From Epithemia pelagica (Eukaryota > Protista > Bacillariophyta): DNA of 64,000 nt. The notes below the pieces were generated by a model, which was not told the DNA's origin, did not search any database, and saw only the letters and a program-made list of their open reading frames with translations. This document shows, piece after piece, positions 35,365-48,485 of this stretch. The position numbers were made by a program, and so were the translations under genes. Each line of letters begins with the position of its first letter. Position 1 is the first letter of the stretch. The stretch is taken from the NCBI GenBank assembly GCA_946965045.2, contig OX337236.1, positions 3,348,001 through 3,412,000 of the forward strand, in the 5' to 3' direction.

Positions 35365-36474
35365 ATGTCCACGACGTTGAAAGAACAAGCATGGCAGTCG
35401 GGCCTTGTCCTTTTGGACGAGACACCTGAATGGGATGAAAACGATTGGCCTGCTCTTCTGGGAGGAGAGCGAGAGTATCATGCTTCGGTCGTACTTGATC
35501 ATCCCGAAGAACACGACAATGACGACCACAAGAGACAAACGGTCGTCGTGTTGGGAGGGTGGCAACCAGACCAAGGCATTGTCAATTCCGTTCTTGTATT
35601 GAATCTGGCAGACTCAAATAAGCAGTGGCGAGAAGGGCCACCCATTAACAAGAGTCGTCAAGGACATACTAGTGTTTTGTGCAATGGAGGCGTCTACGTA
35701 ATGGGAGGATATGCTGACAATTCAATGTTCGATTGCATGGAACGCATTGATGCCAATGATTTGCTGCAATCATCTTCGACATCAAGCAGTTCAAAGAAGA
35801 GCCATTGGACGACATTGAATTGTCGATTATCAACGGGTCGATGTGGATGTTGTGCTGTTGCGGTTCACAACCGATACATCGTTGTAATTGGTGGCTACAG
35901 CGATCATGATTTTTCGTCAGTGGATATTGTTGATACCAGGCACCACACTGTCACTGCGGGACCAAGCATGAATATTCCTCGATCATATTGTGCTAGTGTG
36001 GTCATTGGTAACCGCATCTTCTCCGTTGGAGGCTACACAGGACGCTCGGTGGAGTATTTGGAATTTTCAAAGCCTGGTGACAATGAAGAGACAAAGAAGC
36101 AGACTGGCTTGACATTGAGTTCTTTCTCGTCCCCTTGGATTACTCACTCTGATTTGGTCCTTTCCAATGCACGAAGTCCTTGTGCAGTGGCTGCCGTGGG
36201 ATCTTGTCTGGTGGTGGCGGGAGGATGCCGCAATTCAACGGTGGAAGTATTGGATACGCATCACAACCGCGTTTGGAATCTCCCTCCATTCGGAGATGAC
36301 CGCACTGGCTACAATATGGTGACTGTTGCCAATCATGTTGCCGTGATAAGTGGTTTTGGCAGTTCTGCCTGTGCGACATTACCACTACTGGACAAGCATG
36401 CGTGGTGCTTTCGTCGACTCTGTGAGCACCAATCGAACGAATGGTATCATTCTCTTGAAGGTATGGGTATCTGA
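35365..36474 (+). CDS. Kelch-repeat protein K8 (tail removed by CGA>TGA)
   Basis: Kelch blades; ATG 35365; ggtatcTGAgatgct versus ggtatcCGAgatgct in K1. Confidence 0.93.
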   Translation: MSTTLKEQAWQSGLVLLDETPEWDENDWPALLGGEREYHASVVLDHPEEHDNDDHKRQTVVVLGGWQPDQGIVNSVLVLNLADSNKQWREGPPINKSRQGHTSVLCNGGVYVMGGYADNSMFDCMERIDANDLLQSSSTSSSSKKSHWTTLNCRLSTGRCGCCAVAVHNRYIVVIGGYSDHDFSSVDIVDTRHHTVTAGPSMNIPRSYCASVVIGNRIFSVGGYTGRSVEYLEFSKPGDNEETKKQTGLTLSSFSSPWITHSDLVLSNARSPCAVAAVGSCLVVAGGCRNSTVEVLDTHHNRVWNLPPFGDDRTGYNMVTVANHVAVISGFGSSACATLPLLDKHAWCFRRLCEHQSNEWYHSLEGMGI

Positions 36475-39396
36475 GATGCTGATATCTCACCCTTCTCCAC
36501 ATCGACATAAGCTCGTAAACGACCAAGGACCAATACATGCCAAAAAGATAGAGGGCATGATGAAACCTAGCCATTTATTTCTCGATTGGTTGACTTGTTT
36601 TCTACATTCGATTGCAATCCTAGAACCTAGTAAGTAGTAACTCAAAGGTAGAAAGAACATGTTGCAAGATAGAATGTGATTGTTTGTTGTCAAGAAACGA
36701 TCCCACTTCTATATCTCTACAAGTGGTACTGCGCCTCGGCCATTACCTGTTACCTGCAGGTTTTGGGACAGTGCTTCCACCGTGACTCTGCAGTTGTGAG
36801 ACCAGAATCGGGCACTTTGTGGTGGCATCATGGCTCTCTTTATAACACAGAGTCGTCGTCCATGGATTGGTAGCTGTGGCAGGGAGGCCACCAACCGATG
36901 AGAGGAGCAATAACAGAAGCACACCAAGGCGAAACCTTGTTGGACCTGATGTTGTCCGCTTTGAATTGTTCTTCCTCGAAAGATGAAATGGGTCAAGTTT
37001 GGATGGAAGTTGGAGGGAGGACCGTGTCATATCCAATTCCGACATTTTGGCCAAGAACAGTTTTTCCCTTTCGGAGGAGTCACCGCTCCAATCGCAATGC
37101 CTTCTTCTAGCTGCTGTTGCATGTGAATCATAATACGTTGCTGCACTTTGCCATGTGATGTCAAGCCGGAATGGCCCAAACAAATCCACAAGTGCGGCTG
37201 TCCAACCACCAACCACGGAGGAGACGGCCGATAATGACAATGTCTCCTCGTCGTTGGAAGCGCTAGGAATGTTGATGGACGAATCCGACATGGACAAAAC
37301 GGGTGGATCGGCATGTCCTTTCGAACAATAGGAGAAAGACGAGAGGGTGAAGCCATGCTGATCCTGTCATGATTGAGAGCGATTCGAGACAATACTCTGG
37401 ATTCTGAAGGGTGCCGGGGTCGATGAGGTTCCATTGACGGAGGCTGGCTATAATGGAACTATCTTGTGTTGATTGGTGGAAAGGAACGTGTCATGTTCTC
37501 CCTCGTTATTGTCATTGGCCAAGCCGCTCCCCATCGCGATGTCTTGCCCCCTCAATGCCAGTTCCACCGAAACCTTGTTGCACGACAACAACACTGTCGA
37601 ACAGCAGTGTTCGACCTGGATCACGGCATCCTTTGTGCCTCGTACCGAACTCAGAAGCATCAACAACACAACCACAACCACGAATGGCGCCGATCATGTC
37701 TTGGCTGTAGTCTTAAAGAACTTTTGTTGTTCTTCTTCGTTGGATTCTGGTTGGTGTTGCGAATCTTCGTCTGGTCGATGTGGAAGGGCGATGGGACCCT
37801 TTCCCATAATCGATTCTTCACCTGTTGTTTCTCCCGAGTCGGGTGCATGACGTAACCGTGTCGATTCAAATGACGATTTCCCCGATGACCCTTGTACATG
37901 AAATCCTCGACAAGGCCCACATAGCTCCAAACATCGGATCGAGCCGAGTAAAAGGCCACATAGACCACCAAGGTAATCGCAGTGCCACGGAGCAGCCACC
38001 ATTGGGTGTCATTTGTAACCATCGAGAGTTGTCGCATCTTTATGTGGAGATTTGCTCTCAGTAGATTGGAGCGATTCGAACTTGAGGGTCCATGCAAACT
38101 CTCTTGCGCTCCTCGACCTATGTTGGCAACCGCCATTGTTTCCCAATGTTGGGACTGATCCTGGGCCTCGCAATTCAATTGTCACGGATTGAAGGATGCC
38201 ACTTTCATGGTTGTTGTCCTCAATCATCGCTTCTTGAAAAGACATGTTGGTGAAATTGATTGATAAGGTCAAGTCGTCGCCTTCATCATCGTGGTCGATG
38301 CGACGGAGTAGTGCCCAGCGGGGGGGAGGAGTCGGGTCGCATATGTGTCGTGCTTTTGGTGTTCTAACTAATATTTCACGAATTCTCAAGACTACCTCCC
38401 GCTGGGAGTTAGTCATGGACGTGCACTATAGCCTGTACCTACAATCTATATTAGGAAGGTAGAAACGCTAGGAATGTTTTGTGGCGTGGAGAACAACGTG
38501 GTCGACGACAATGGACGATGTGGAATGTGGACGGCCATATCTCTAGTTCCAAGTTCCACCCCACCATCATCATCACATGCACTGCGCAACTTTACAGCAA
38601 TCGATACCGCTCCAGATGACTTTTGATGCTTACAAGAACGAGGTTGCAATGATCAACCGTGGAACAAGAGAAGTGTCGATTTGCCAGTGTGGCCCGACAA
38701 AAAGGTTGACGGCCGCATGGTTGTTTCGTTCGGACGATTCTTCCGTCACGCGGGTTCTAGGGTCCTCCTTGCGACAACAATTTGTCGCGTTGACTTTGCC
38801 TTGGCCCTGTCGTCGTTATCGTCATCGTCGGTGGAATCGCCGTCGTCAATCGCGCCGTTCCGTCGACCGCACAACAACCACGACAACACCGGCCATTGGA
38901 GGAGCAAAATCGAGAGAATGACGGAGGAGCACGTTCTCTATTGTGCTGGTATAATGCTATTTGTTCCCAAGGGCGTTTGGCAGGGCTCGGAAAAGAACGA
39001 CTTATTGCTGGGGTTCTTTGCGAGAGGCATCACGAAACACTATATACTACTACTACCACGCATCCCGAAAATTACATGGCGACGAAACTGACCGTTGCCA
39101 GTACCACGACAACGACAGGCATCCGTGTCATGCTGTGGACTCCGGCCATTGACCACCAGTACTAGCAGGATGGAACAGCAAGAGCACAGTGTTAACAACA
39201 ACAGCTCGGTCGAAGCAACTGTCACGATTTGTCTCGTGACGAAAACTCCTTCCCCTCTTTGGTCCATCCATTTCGTGCAGTCAGTCGTGCTTCCTGTCCA
39301 CACCCATCAGCCTCACAACAGCAGAACAAACCTACGTGCCTCTTACAAGACAGTGTCTCGATCCTCATAAATTCTGCTGTTGGAACATTTGCAACC

Positions 39397-40614
39397 ATGG
39401 CCATAACACTGAAAGAACAAGCATGGCAGTCGGGCCTTGTCTTATCGGACGACGCAGCAGAATGGAATGAAAACGATTGGCCTCCTCTCGAGGGTGGATG
39501 TCGTTCGTTTCATGCATCGGTCGTACTAAATCATCCCGTTAAGACTAACTATAACAACGACAAGGCACAAACAGTCGTGGTGATGGGAGGAAGAGACAAA
39601 GGCTGGAATATTACCAATACCGTTCTTGTACTGAATTTGGCGCAATCAAACAAGCAGTGGCGAGAAAGACCATCCATGGACAAGGCACGTTATGGACATA
39701 CTGCTGTTGTGTGCAACGGAGGCGTCTACGTGATGGGAGGATGCTCTGAAGATTCATGTTTAAATTGTATCGAACGAATTGACTTCAATGATTTGCTGCA
39801 ATCACCTTTAACAACAAGCAACAAACATGAGAGTCATTGGAAAACATTGACATGTCGCTTATCAACGAGACGATCAGGATGTTGTGCTGTTGCGGTTCAC
39901 AACCGATACATTGTTGTAATGGGTGGCTACAACGATGGTCGAAGCTTGTCTTCTGTAGATATTATTGATACCAGGAACCACACCGTCACTGCAGGACCAA
40001 GCATGGCTGTTCCACGACGATTTTGTACCAGCGCGGTCATTGGTCACCGCATTTTTGTCGTTGGAGGCTGTAACGAGAGTGGCAATGTCGACTCGGTGGA
40101 GTACTTGGACTATGCAACACCCTGTGACAATCATGAGACAAAGGAGCAGACTGGCTCGACATTCATTTCTTTCTCACCCACCTGGACCACTCAGTCGGAG
40201 TTGAGGCTTTCCAATGCACGAAGTTGTTATGCAATGGTTGCCGTGGGATCTTGTCTAGTGGTGACTGGAGGATACGAATCATCCGTGGAGGTCTTGGATA
40301 CGCATCACAACTGCATGTGGAATCTCCCACCATTCGGAAATCACCGTGTTGGCTGCAGTATGGTGACTGTTTCCAATCAAGTTGCCGTGATTGGTGGACT
40401 CCGCAATCCTTCCTGTGCAACATTACCACTTCTGGATAGAAATTCATGGTGTTTTCGTCGACTCTGTGAGCAGCAACCGAACGGATGGCATCATTCTCTT
40501 GAAGGTGTGGGTATCCGAGATGATGATATCTCACCCTTCTCCACATCGACATCAGCTCGTAAACGAGCAAGGCAGAATACTCGCCAAAATAAGAAAGGGT
40601 CTGATGAAACATAG
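39397..40614 (+). CDS. Kelch-repeat protein K9
   Basis: Kelch blades; ATG 39397; tail RKRAR. Confidence 0.95.
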   Translation: MAITLKEQAWQSGLVLSDDAAEWNENDWPPLEGGCRSFHASVVLNHPVKTNYNNDKAQTVVVMGGRDKGWNITNTVLVLNLAQSNKQWRERPSMDKARYGHTAVVCNGGVYVMGGCSEDSCLNCIERIDFNDLLQSPLTTSNKHESHWKTLTCRLSTRRSGCCAVAVHNRYIVVMGGYNDGRSLSSVDIIDTRNHTVTAGPSMAVPRRFCTSAVIGHRIFVVGGCNESGNVDSVEYLDYATPCDNHETKEQTGSTFISFSPTWTTQSELRLSNARSCYAMVAVGSCLVVTGGYESSVEVLDTHHNCMWNLPPFGNHRVGCSMVTVSNQVAVIGGLRNPSCATLPLLDRNSWCFRRLCEQQPNGWHHSLEGVGIRDDDISPFSTSTSARKRARQNTRQNKKGSDET

Positions 40615-41129
40615 CGGATTTTGTTCTCGAGCGGTTGACTCGTTTTCTACATTCAATTGTAATCCTAGGACCTAGTAAGTGTTTACTCAAAAGTAGAAAG
40701 AACACGTTGCAAGTGGAGGTACTTCTTTGTTGTCAAAGGCTGGAAGGAACGATCCGACTTGTGTAATGACGCGACAAGAATCTGGTGCTTTTTCACGGCA
40801 TCGTGGCACTTTTTACACCACACAAAGTCGTCGTCCATGGATTGGTAGCTGTGGCAGCTAGGGCAAGAACCGACAGTGGTGCATTCCCAAAAGGACGAGT
40901 TTCGTCCAACCTCTCGATTTGGCTTTGGTTTTTGGTTCATGGTATTCGTGTTTGATGAATCCGACAAAAGGACGAAACGGGAGGATCCAAAGGTCCAATG
41001 ATGAGAGGAGCAGGAGCAGAAACACGACAAGGTGAAACCTTGTTGGACATGATGTTCCGCTTCTGATGCTTCTTCCTCGAATTTGACAATGGGTCGACTT
41101 TTGGATGGAAGTAAGGAGGACCGTTTCAT

Positions 41130-42120
41130 GTCTAATTCAGTTTGTCCCCCTCAGAGGAGTCACCGCGGTCCAATCGCAAATGCCTTCTTCTACCTGCTGT
41201 TGCATGTGAATCGCAATACCTTGTTGCACTTGATATGTTATGCCAAGCCAGAATGGCCCAATGAAGATGATGATCATGACGACGATGACAAATACACACG
41301 GTCAGCCACCAACCACGGAGGAGACGGCCGAGGATGGCGATGTCGCCTCGTCCTTGGCAGTGGTACGATTGTTGGTGGAATTGGCCCCTCAATTGCCGCA
41401 CCAGGGCAATACTCATGGGAGTTTGCCGATTCAGTTGGCCTGTCAAGCCCATATGACCGAATGTGTTCGATTCTTGTTCAAGTTTCCTTCTCTCATGGAA
41501 GAACTTGATGACCAGGGACGTACACCGCATCTATTTTTCTAATACCCTCTTGGCTACGATATTTTGCAAGTTGAACAGGCCACGATACAAACCCCTGCAA
41601 CATCGTCATCGTCGTGGTTGAGATTTCATCTCGTCAGGAGGACATTTGCGACAGTCAAGTTCCTCCAGAACAAAGCCAAGAAAACCCACCAAATCCAATT
41701 GAGGGTCGTGCCAGTTGTCGCAATTGACCAGCAGAACGACTACAAGGAATCGAGTCTTGTCGTTGTCACACCACAACCTCCCGAACTACCAACATAGCCA
41801 CAAAAGAAGAAGGCCCTCTTCCTGACGTACCGCAATTGGACGAAACCATCTTGGAAGTGAGCATTGATGAAGACGACAACGAGCCAGGAAACTTCCACCA
41901 CCACTACATGCCTGGAAACAAGCTCCTCCTCATCGCGATGTCGTGCCCCTCGATGCCAGTTCCGCTGAAACCTTGTTGCACGATACAACACTGTCGTACA
42001 AGAGTACTCTACCTCCACTTTGTGCCTCGCACTGAACTCAGCAGCACAAACAAGAAAACCACGACCACGAATGCGGCCGATCATGTCTTGGCCGTCTTGG
42101 AAGCCTAGCCACCCACACCG
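41130..42120 (+). pseudogene. Degenerate ankyrin-repeat-like gene remnant (related fragments at ~36900-37700, ~46700-47600, ~51950-52750)
   Basis: Broken-frame peptides NRNTLLHLICY, VVRLLVELAPQLPHQGNTHGSLPIQLACQAHMTECVRFLFKFPSLMEELDDQGRTPHLF and PGNKLLLIAM resemble the ankyrin G-x-T/LP-LH-x-A consensus. Confidence 0.5.
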
Positions 42121-43464
42121 TATGAATGGTTGGTCGTGTTGGAACAGTGGTCGCCCGAGGCGGTCGTGCCTGAATGGTTCTGTTCGTCGCTGTCGGAATG
42201 GCGCAATTCGCGTGTCTGTTTCTTGCTTGTCGTGGACAGGATCGGATCTCACAGAATGCAGATTGGGGACTGGAGGAAGGACGATTTGGTGAGAAAGGAA
42301 CAGAGGGTATCCAAAGCATGGTTCCTTGTAAGCTTATAGAGAACGAGTCATATTTGCCTTCGCAATTGCCATGGATTATGTTTGTCGTTTGTCTGGATGG
42401 TCCATGTTTCCTTTGTGTCTTTCTGCGTGCCCGTGGATTGTCATGCGACCACTTTGGTCACGGTATCGCACCGTTGCTCTTTTTGCCCTTCTCCTGCATA
42501 CAAAATAAATAGTCATACTACGGTGTTTCATTGGTTCAAGTCGACAGTTTGAGCATACTTTCGGCCACTCGGTATACCAAACGACATGATGCGCTTGAGA
42601 GTATTGGATAGTTTGGCTGGTAGCTTCTTAGATGCATCCTTTCTCTCTCCACCTGCACTTTGAATCCGGATAGCATTGTGATTCTTGTGAGTGAATCGGC
42701 TATTTCCAAAAGGCGTCTACCGAGGTCGACAACGCTTAAGGACACACAGTCGCCACGAAAGCGCATGGCTGTTGGACCACACGGAATAGCCAGTTCGAGA
42801 CAGGAATCAAGAAAGTGCAAATCTCTTCAGTTTTCTTGTGCGACACAATAGTTCTGGGTTGTTAGATATTGCCTCCCAATCGCGAACCACTTGTGATCGT
42901 GATACTATGATTTCCTTCTTGTATGCTTTGGTGGCTCGGTGGCCAAAGACACACCATTGTTGGCCAAAGACACATCGTCTGTTACTAACAAGAGGATGGG
43001 GCCATGTTGCAAGGCGGAAGAGGAATATGGTTCCATGTCGAATTAAGTGGTGGTGGAAGTCGTTGATTCGGCGCAACAGTCCCCCTTGCGAGTGCCAGAG
43101 TGGCGTGAGGTTTGCCCATTGTTGTGATTTGGGACGTTGAGACTATGTCATTGTCTTTTCAAGGTCCTGCTGCTATTGTCTTGAGGCAGGGCCGCCGCCG
43201 TCGTCATCATGCTGGTTGTCATCATGGTTGCTTGATGAAGCCAGGGAAGTGCTTGACTGGTGGTGGTCGTTGTATGCCATTCGCTGTAAAGCTCGGTACT
43301 TTTTTCGAGCCTCCACATTTTTATGTACCTCCAATGGGGCGACTTTGTGATCGATTCAGCAGGTCCTCATGGTGTCATGTCGAGAAAGAGTCCACATATA
43401 ATTGTCGACCAGACTGCCACGCGGTGCCGCGACACAAAGAGATTTACTGATCCACCAATAGTCG

Positions 43465-45800
43465 GTCAATACTGGAGGAGGATCTTCGTTCCACGAAAGA
43501 CATGTGAATCAGGAAGCATGCCATTGTCCTAGTGCTCTTCTTTTTTTTGTTGTTGTTCTTTGTTACACTAGACCTCCTGTTGCGAATCGAAAGCCAAGGT
43601 ACGATTTCTAGCTCTTTCGATGAAAGTTGTCGTTGAGTATTAGAGTCTTCTTTTGAGAGACATGAGAGCGAGTTACAGCAGAAAACGCTGCCAGAAGGCG
43701 CGAAAAGGTCAATCTCCGAAACCAAAGACGGCGACGACGGCGACAGACACATTGTGGTGCTGATGGTATCTTTGATCTTTTTGTTGTTTGTTTCAATGGA
43801 TATTCCCCCAAACTGATGTGGAGTCCCCCTTCCCCCTCCCCCAAAATCTTGGTCGCGGAATGAGGACACAGGAATGGCTCGCAAAGGCGCGCCGACCAAG
43901 ACCAGCCCTGTCACACTATTCTGTCCTGTGCTCACAGGCGCGCCGACCGAGACGAGCAGGTTCACTCTTTCCTCTATTCGAAAAAGGAGCGGACAATTGA
44001 CAATTGCTCTCGTCGCCAAGACGACCACTCTACAATAGAATCTACTGCCACATTCCATGGGAAACCATGGAATCGTTCGTTACGAGCAGCTTATGAGACT
44101 CTGCCAGTGACGAGGCATGTACTTCTCTTCTTCCTTTTCTTGGTGAAAGACTACGAAGATTGTCGCAAGGAAAAATACCAACCATATGAAGGCGCTTCGA
44201 ATGAAATGGAACAAGGGAGAACAACAACGACCATTCCACAAAAGCGGTAGCACCGAGGATGCAGAAGCGTTGACGATGCGTCATTCCTCATCCACAAAAC
44301 TCCCTCTGCAAGCTTGTCTGCCTCCCCAAGACCCCACATTGATGCTGGTGGTGTACAATCGTTGTTGGTGAGACTCTCTCGATCAACCAAGTGGTCCCTC
44401 CAGTTTGTCTTCTTCGCAACAAAATCCTAACGCTACATGAGCAACAAGAAAAGAAACCGAGCGATCCACCATGGACCAATGCAAACAGGGTGATATCGAG
44501 TACTCTTCTGATTTACCGCATTCATCCTCAGAAAGATCAGCAATGATTGGTACATGGAATCTCGTGTTTCGTGTAAACAACATCACCATCCCATGGGTCC
44601 CTTTGTAAGAAAAGTAATTATGGTTATCGAAAGCAGAGGCTCGACAAGTAGGATTGCAAAGAGATCCTCTTGTCATGAGCGCCCACGAAGAACGAAAAAC
44701 CTATGGATATGAGAAAGAACTGGATAGGAGCCATACATATCAGTGGTCGTCTGTCTCGCCATGAGGTTTATTTCGGTATCCAAAAACTTTTATGGAACTC
44801 GAAACAAGAATGCGTGATCATCTTCATTGCGTGGCTACGGTCACGATTTGTCTCGTGACGAAAGCTCCTACCCCTCTTTGGTCCATCCATTTCGTCAAGT
44901 CAGTCGTGCTTCCAGTCCGCACCCATCAGAATCACAGGAGCAGAGCAAACCCTCTAACCACTAACACAATACACTGTCTCGGTCCTCATAAATTTGCTGC
45001 TATTAATATTTTGGAGCAATGAGCACGACACTGAAAGAACAAGCATGGCAGTCGGGCCTTTTCTTATCGAAAGAGACAGCACAATGGAATGAAAATGATT
45101 GGCCTCCTCTCGAGGGTGGATGGCGCGACGAACATGCGACAGTCGTACTAGATCATCCCGATACGGACAACGACAACAACAACAAGAGACAAACCGTCGT
45201 CGTGTTGGGCGGATTTCAAGCAGGTCAGGGCAGTCTCGATTCCATTCTTGTATTGAACGTGGCAGCGCCGGACAAGCACTGGCGAGAAGGGCCATCAATG
45301 AACAAGAGTCGTCGAGGACATGCCGCTGTTGGGTGCAACGGAGGCGTCTATGTGATAGGAGGATACAATGGAAGATTATATTTAGATTGTATCGAAAGAA
45401 TTGACGTAAAGGATTTGCTGCGATCATCTTCGACATCCAGCACCACACAGGAGAGCCCTTGGACGACATTGACATGTCGATTATCAACGGGACGGTTTGA
45501 ATGTTGTGCTGCTGTGGTTCACAACCGATATATCGTTGTAATGGGTGGCTCTTACAACCATCGCTATTTGTCGTCGGTGGATATTATCGATACCAGCAAT
45601 GACGCTGTCATTGCGGGACCATCCATGACTGCTCAACGACAATGGTGTGCCAGTGCCGTTATTGGCCACCGCATCTTTGTCGTTGGAGGCCGTAACGAAA
45701 ACGGCCAACTTGACTCGGTGGAGTATTTGAACTTTGCAGAGGAGAGAAAAGACGACTCTTTGTCTACAGTCATTTCCTTCTCGTCCAGTTGGATCACTCA
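43465..45800. repeat. Segmental duplication B (upstream module plus most of K10); partner ~56500-58860
   Basis: Near identity over ~2.3 kb including the MSTTLKEQAWQSGLFLSKETAQ start. Confidence 0.92.
44987..44993 (+). promoter_or_regulatory. Conserved CATAAAT box 31-37 nt before the ATG (representative; also 3288, 22403, 27678, 32305, 35332, 39366, 53876, 58049, 61503)
   Basis: Same 7-mer at near-fixed distance upstream of 8 Kelch and 2 PLD starts, including upstream regions that otherwise do not align. Confidence 0.55.
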
Positions 45801-46221
45801 TTCTGATTTGGTGCTTCCCAACCCTCGAGCTTATTTTGCAATGGTAGCCGTGGGATCCTGTCTTATTGTGGGCGGAGGAAGCCGTCAAACCGTCGAAGTC
45901 TTGGATACGCACCACGACCGCGTTTGGAATCTCCCACCACTCGTAAATCACCGCCAGGACTGTACTATGGTGACTGTTGCCAATCAAGTTGTCGTGATTG
46001 GTGGATGGCAAATTCCTTCCTGTGCGACATTGCCACTAATCGACAAGAATACATGGTGCTTTCGTCGACTCTGTGAGCAGCAGCCCAATCGATGGTATCA
46101 TTCTCTTGAAGGTTTGGGTATCCGAGATGATGATATCTCACCCTTCTCCACATCGAAATTAGCTTGTAAACGCGCAAGGTCCGATACTCACCGTGGTGAT
46201 GAAGGGACGGATGCAACCTAG
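45019..46221 (+). CDS. Kelch-repeat protein K10
   Basis: 400-aa ORF, Kelch blades, tail CKRAR. Confidence 0.95.
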   Translation: MSTTLKEQAWQSGLFLSKETAQWNENDWPPLEGGWRDEHATVVLDHPDTDNDNNNKRQTVVVLGGFQAGQGSLDSILVLNVAAPDKHWREGPSMNKSRRGHAAVGCNGGVYVIGGYNGRLYLDCIERIDVKDLLRSSSTSSTTQESPWTTLTCRLSTGRFECCAAVVHNRYIVVMGGSYNHRYLSSVDIIDTSNDAVIAGPSMTAQRQWCASAVIGHRIFVVGGRNENGQLDSVEYLNFAEERKDDSLSTVISFSSSWITHSDLVLPNPRAYFAMVAVGSCLIVGGGSRQTVEVLDTHHDRVWNLPPLVNHRQDCTMVTVANQVVVIGGWQIPSCATLPLIDKNTWCFRRLCEQQPNRWYHSLEGLGIRDDDISPFSTSKLACKRARSDTHRGDEGTDAT

Positions 46222-48485
46222 ACGTTTTGTTATAAGTCATTGACTTGTTTTCTATGTTCGATTGCAATCATAGAACCTTGTTAGTGTTTACTCAAAAGTA
46301 GAAAGAACATGTTGCAAGATAGAATGTGCTTGTTTGTTGTCAAAGGCATGGAAGGAACGATCCGACTTGTGTGTGTCTACGAGTGGTACTACGCCTTGGC
46401 CATGACCTTGTGGTGGTATCATGGCACTTCTTTACACGGCACAACGTCATCGATTGGTAACTGTGGTAGCTAGGGCAAGAACCGACTGTGTTGTATTCCA
46501 AAAAAGTTCTCAAATTGGCTTTGTTACAATTTTCTAGAGTTTGATGAATCCGACAAAAGGACGAAACAGGTGGATCCAAAAGTCCGATGATGAGAGGATC
46601 AGGAGCAAAAGCACGACAAGGCAAAACTTTGTTGGACCGGATGAGGCCCGCTTCTGATGGTTCGATTTTTGGATGGAAGTAAGGAGGGAGGACCGTGTCA
46701 TGTCCAATCTCGACACGATAACCAAGAACAGTGTCCCTTTCGGAGGAGTCACCATGCGACCGAATGTGTTCGATTCTTCACCATCAAGTTTCCTGCTTCC
46801 ATGGTGGATCGGCGGAACCCTACGTCCAGAGACGTATACCGCAACCCTTTTTGCAAGACCCTCTTGGCTACGATCGAACAGCCCACGTTGTCTCCTGCGA
46901 ATGGAATTTCGTCTCGTCAGGAGGACAGTTGCAACAAGGACAGTGAAGTCCAAGATGAACCCACCAAATCGGATCGGTCGTGCCAGTTGTCACAATGGAC
47001 CAGCACGACAACAAGGAATCCAGCCTTGTCGTTGACACACCACAACCTCCCGAACTACCAACGCAGCAACAAAGAAGAAGGCCCTCATTGTTCTTCCTCC
47101 AATTGAACGAAATGGACGGTATCATTGTCGTGGAACCAACTGTGTTGAACTCCGTCTTGGAAGTTGGACTTTGTGGGCACTTTCGTGCCATGGACGACGA
47201 CGAGTCAGGAAACATCCACCACCACTATTTCCTGTCGCAGCATGGCTCGTTCGATCGATCATGCCTGGAAACAAGCTCCTCCTCATCGCGATGTCGTGCC
47301 CCTCAATGCCAGATCCGCCGAAACCTTGTTGCACGACAATAACACTGCTGTCGACCAGCAGTGTTGGACCTCGACCAGTACATCCTTTGTGCCTCGTACC
47401 GAGCTCAGCAGCACCAACAACACAACCACGACAACGAATGCCGTCGGTCATGTCTTGGCCATCATTAAAACCTTGCCACCCACACTGTATGAATGGTTGG
47501 TCGTGTTGGAACACGAGTCGCCCGAGGCGGTTGTGTGTTCGAATGGTTTTGCTCGTCGGTGTCGGAATGGCGAAATTCGTGTGTCTGCTTCTTGTTTATC
47601 GTGGAATCGCCCGACCATCTGTGGCTCGCTTATCACACTGATCGGGTGGAAAGTGGGTCGCTTCGACCTTTGGTGCAATCACCACAACGCTGTCCCTGGT
47701 GTGCACCAGACAGCAACACGCTATGTATCAACCATTCATGTGTGTGGCTTCTGTGGTCATCCAAGCCAATCCTGTTAGTATCAAAAGTATAGTTCATTGT
47801 AAACTAATACATTGTCACCCGTGTTGTGGATTTGATGGTTCTTGTTGTCGTCCTTTTGTTTGGACCATGGGTCAATTTGGGGATGGAAACAAAAGCAGAA
47901 AAGTGTCACGAATGGTTGATGCTTTTCCACTTTCCTCATCCTCCTCTTAGAAGAACGGCCATTGTTTCCGTTGAAAATTGTAATGGGTCGCTGGATTCTC
48001 GTCTATCGTGGTCTGCAGGGAGGAGCGACGGCTCCAGACCATGGCCATTTGTGTTTGTGGTGTCATTGGTCGGAATGACTCCCCATCGAAAGCTATCGTA
48101 TCTTTGCCGCGATTTGCATTCTGATTTCTTGCAAAGATTTGAACCGGATCGCGCGGGATTCTAGAGAAGCTCTGCTAGCCGTGCTACCTTGTAGCTATGA
48201 GGTGTGATTTTCGGAGGGCAAAAGTAACGCTATAATCTATGGCACATTTAGTATGACAAAACCTGTGGTTGTTGTCCATCTAAAAGTTTGTACCATCCAT
48301 GAGAGCTGGCTACATGACACTCTTTGTACCCACCTTGGAATGTGGTTGTTTGTATTCGGACTTGGTTTGTAACAAGCAAAAGCTATGCTGTTCCATCCAT
48401 CAGGACGCGACATACACCTCTTGTTTTGGAACCTGGCTCCTCGTTGCCTTAGCGACAGCCATGATATTGAATGTATACCAAATGG

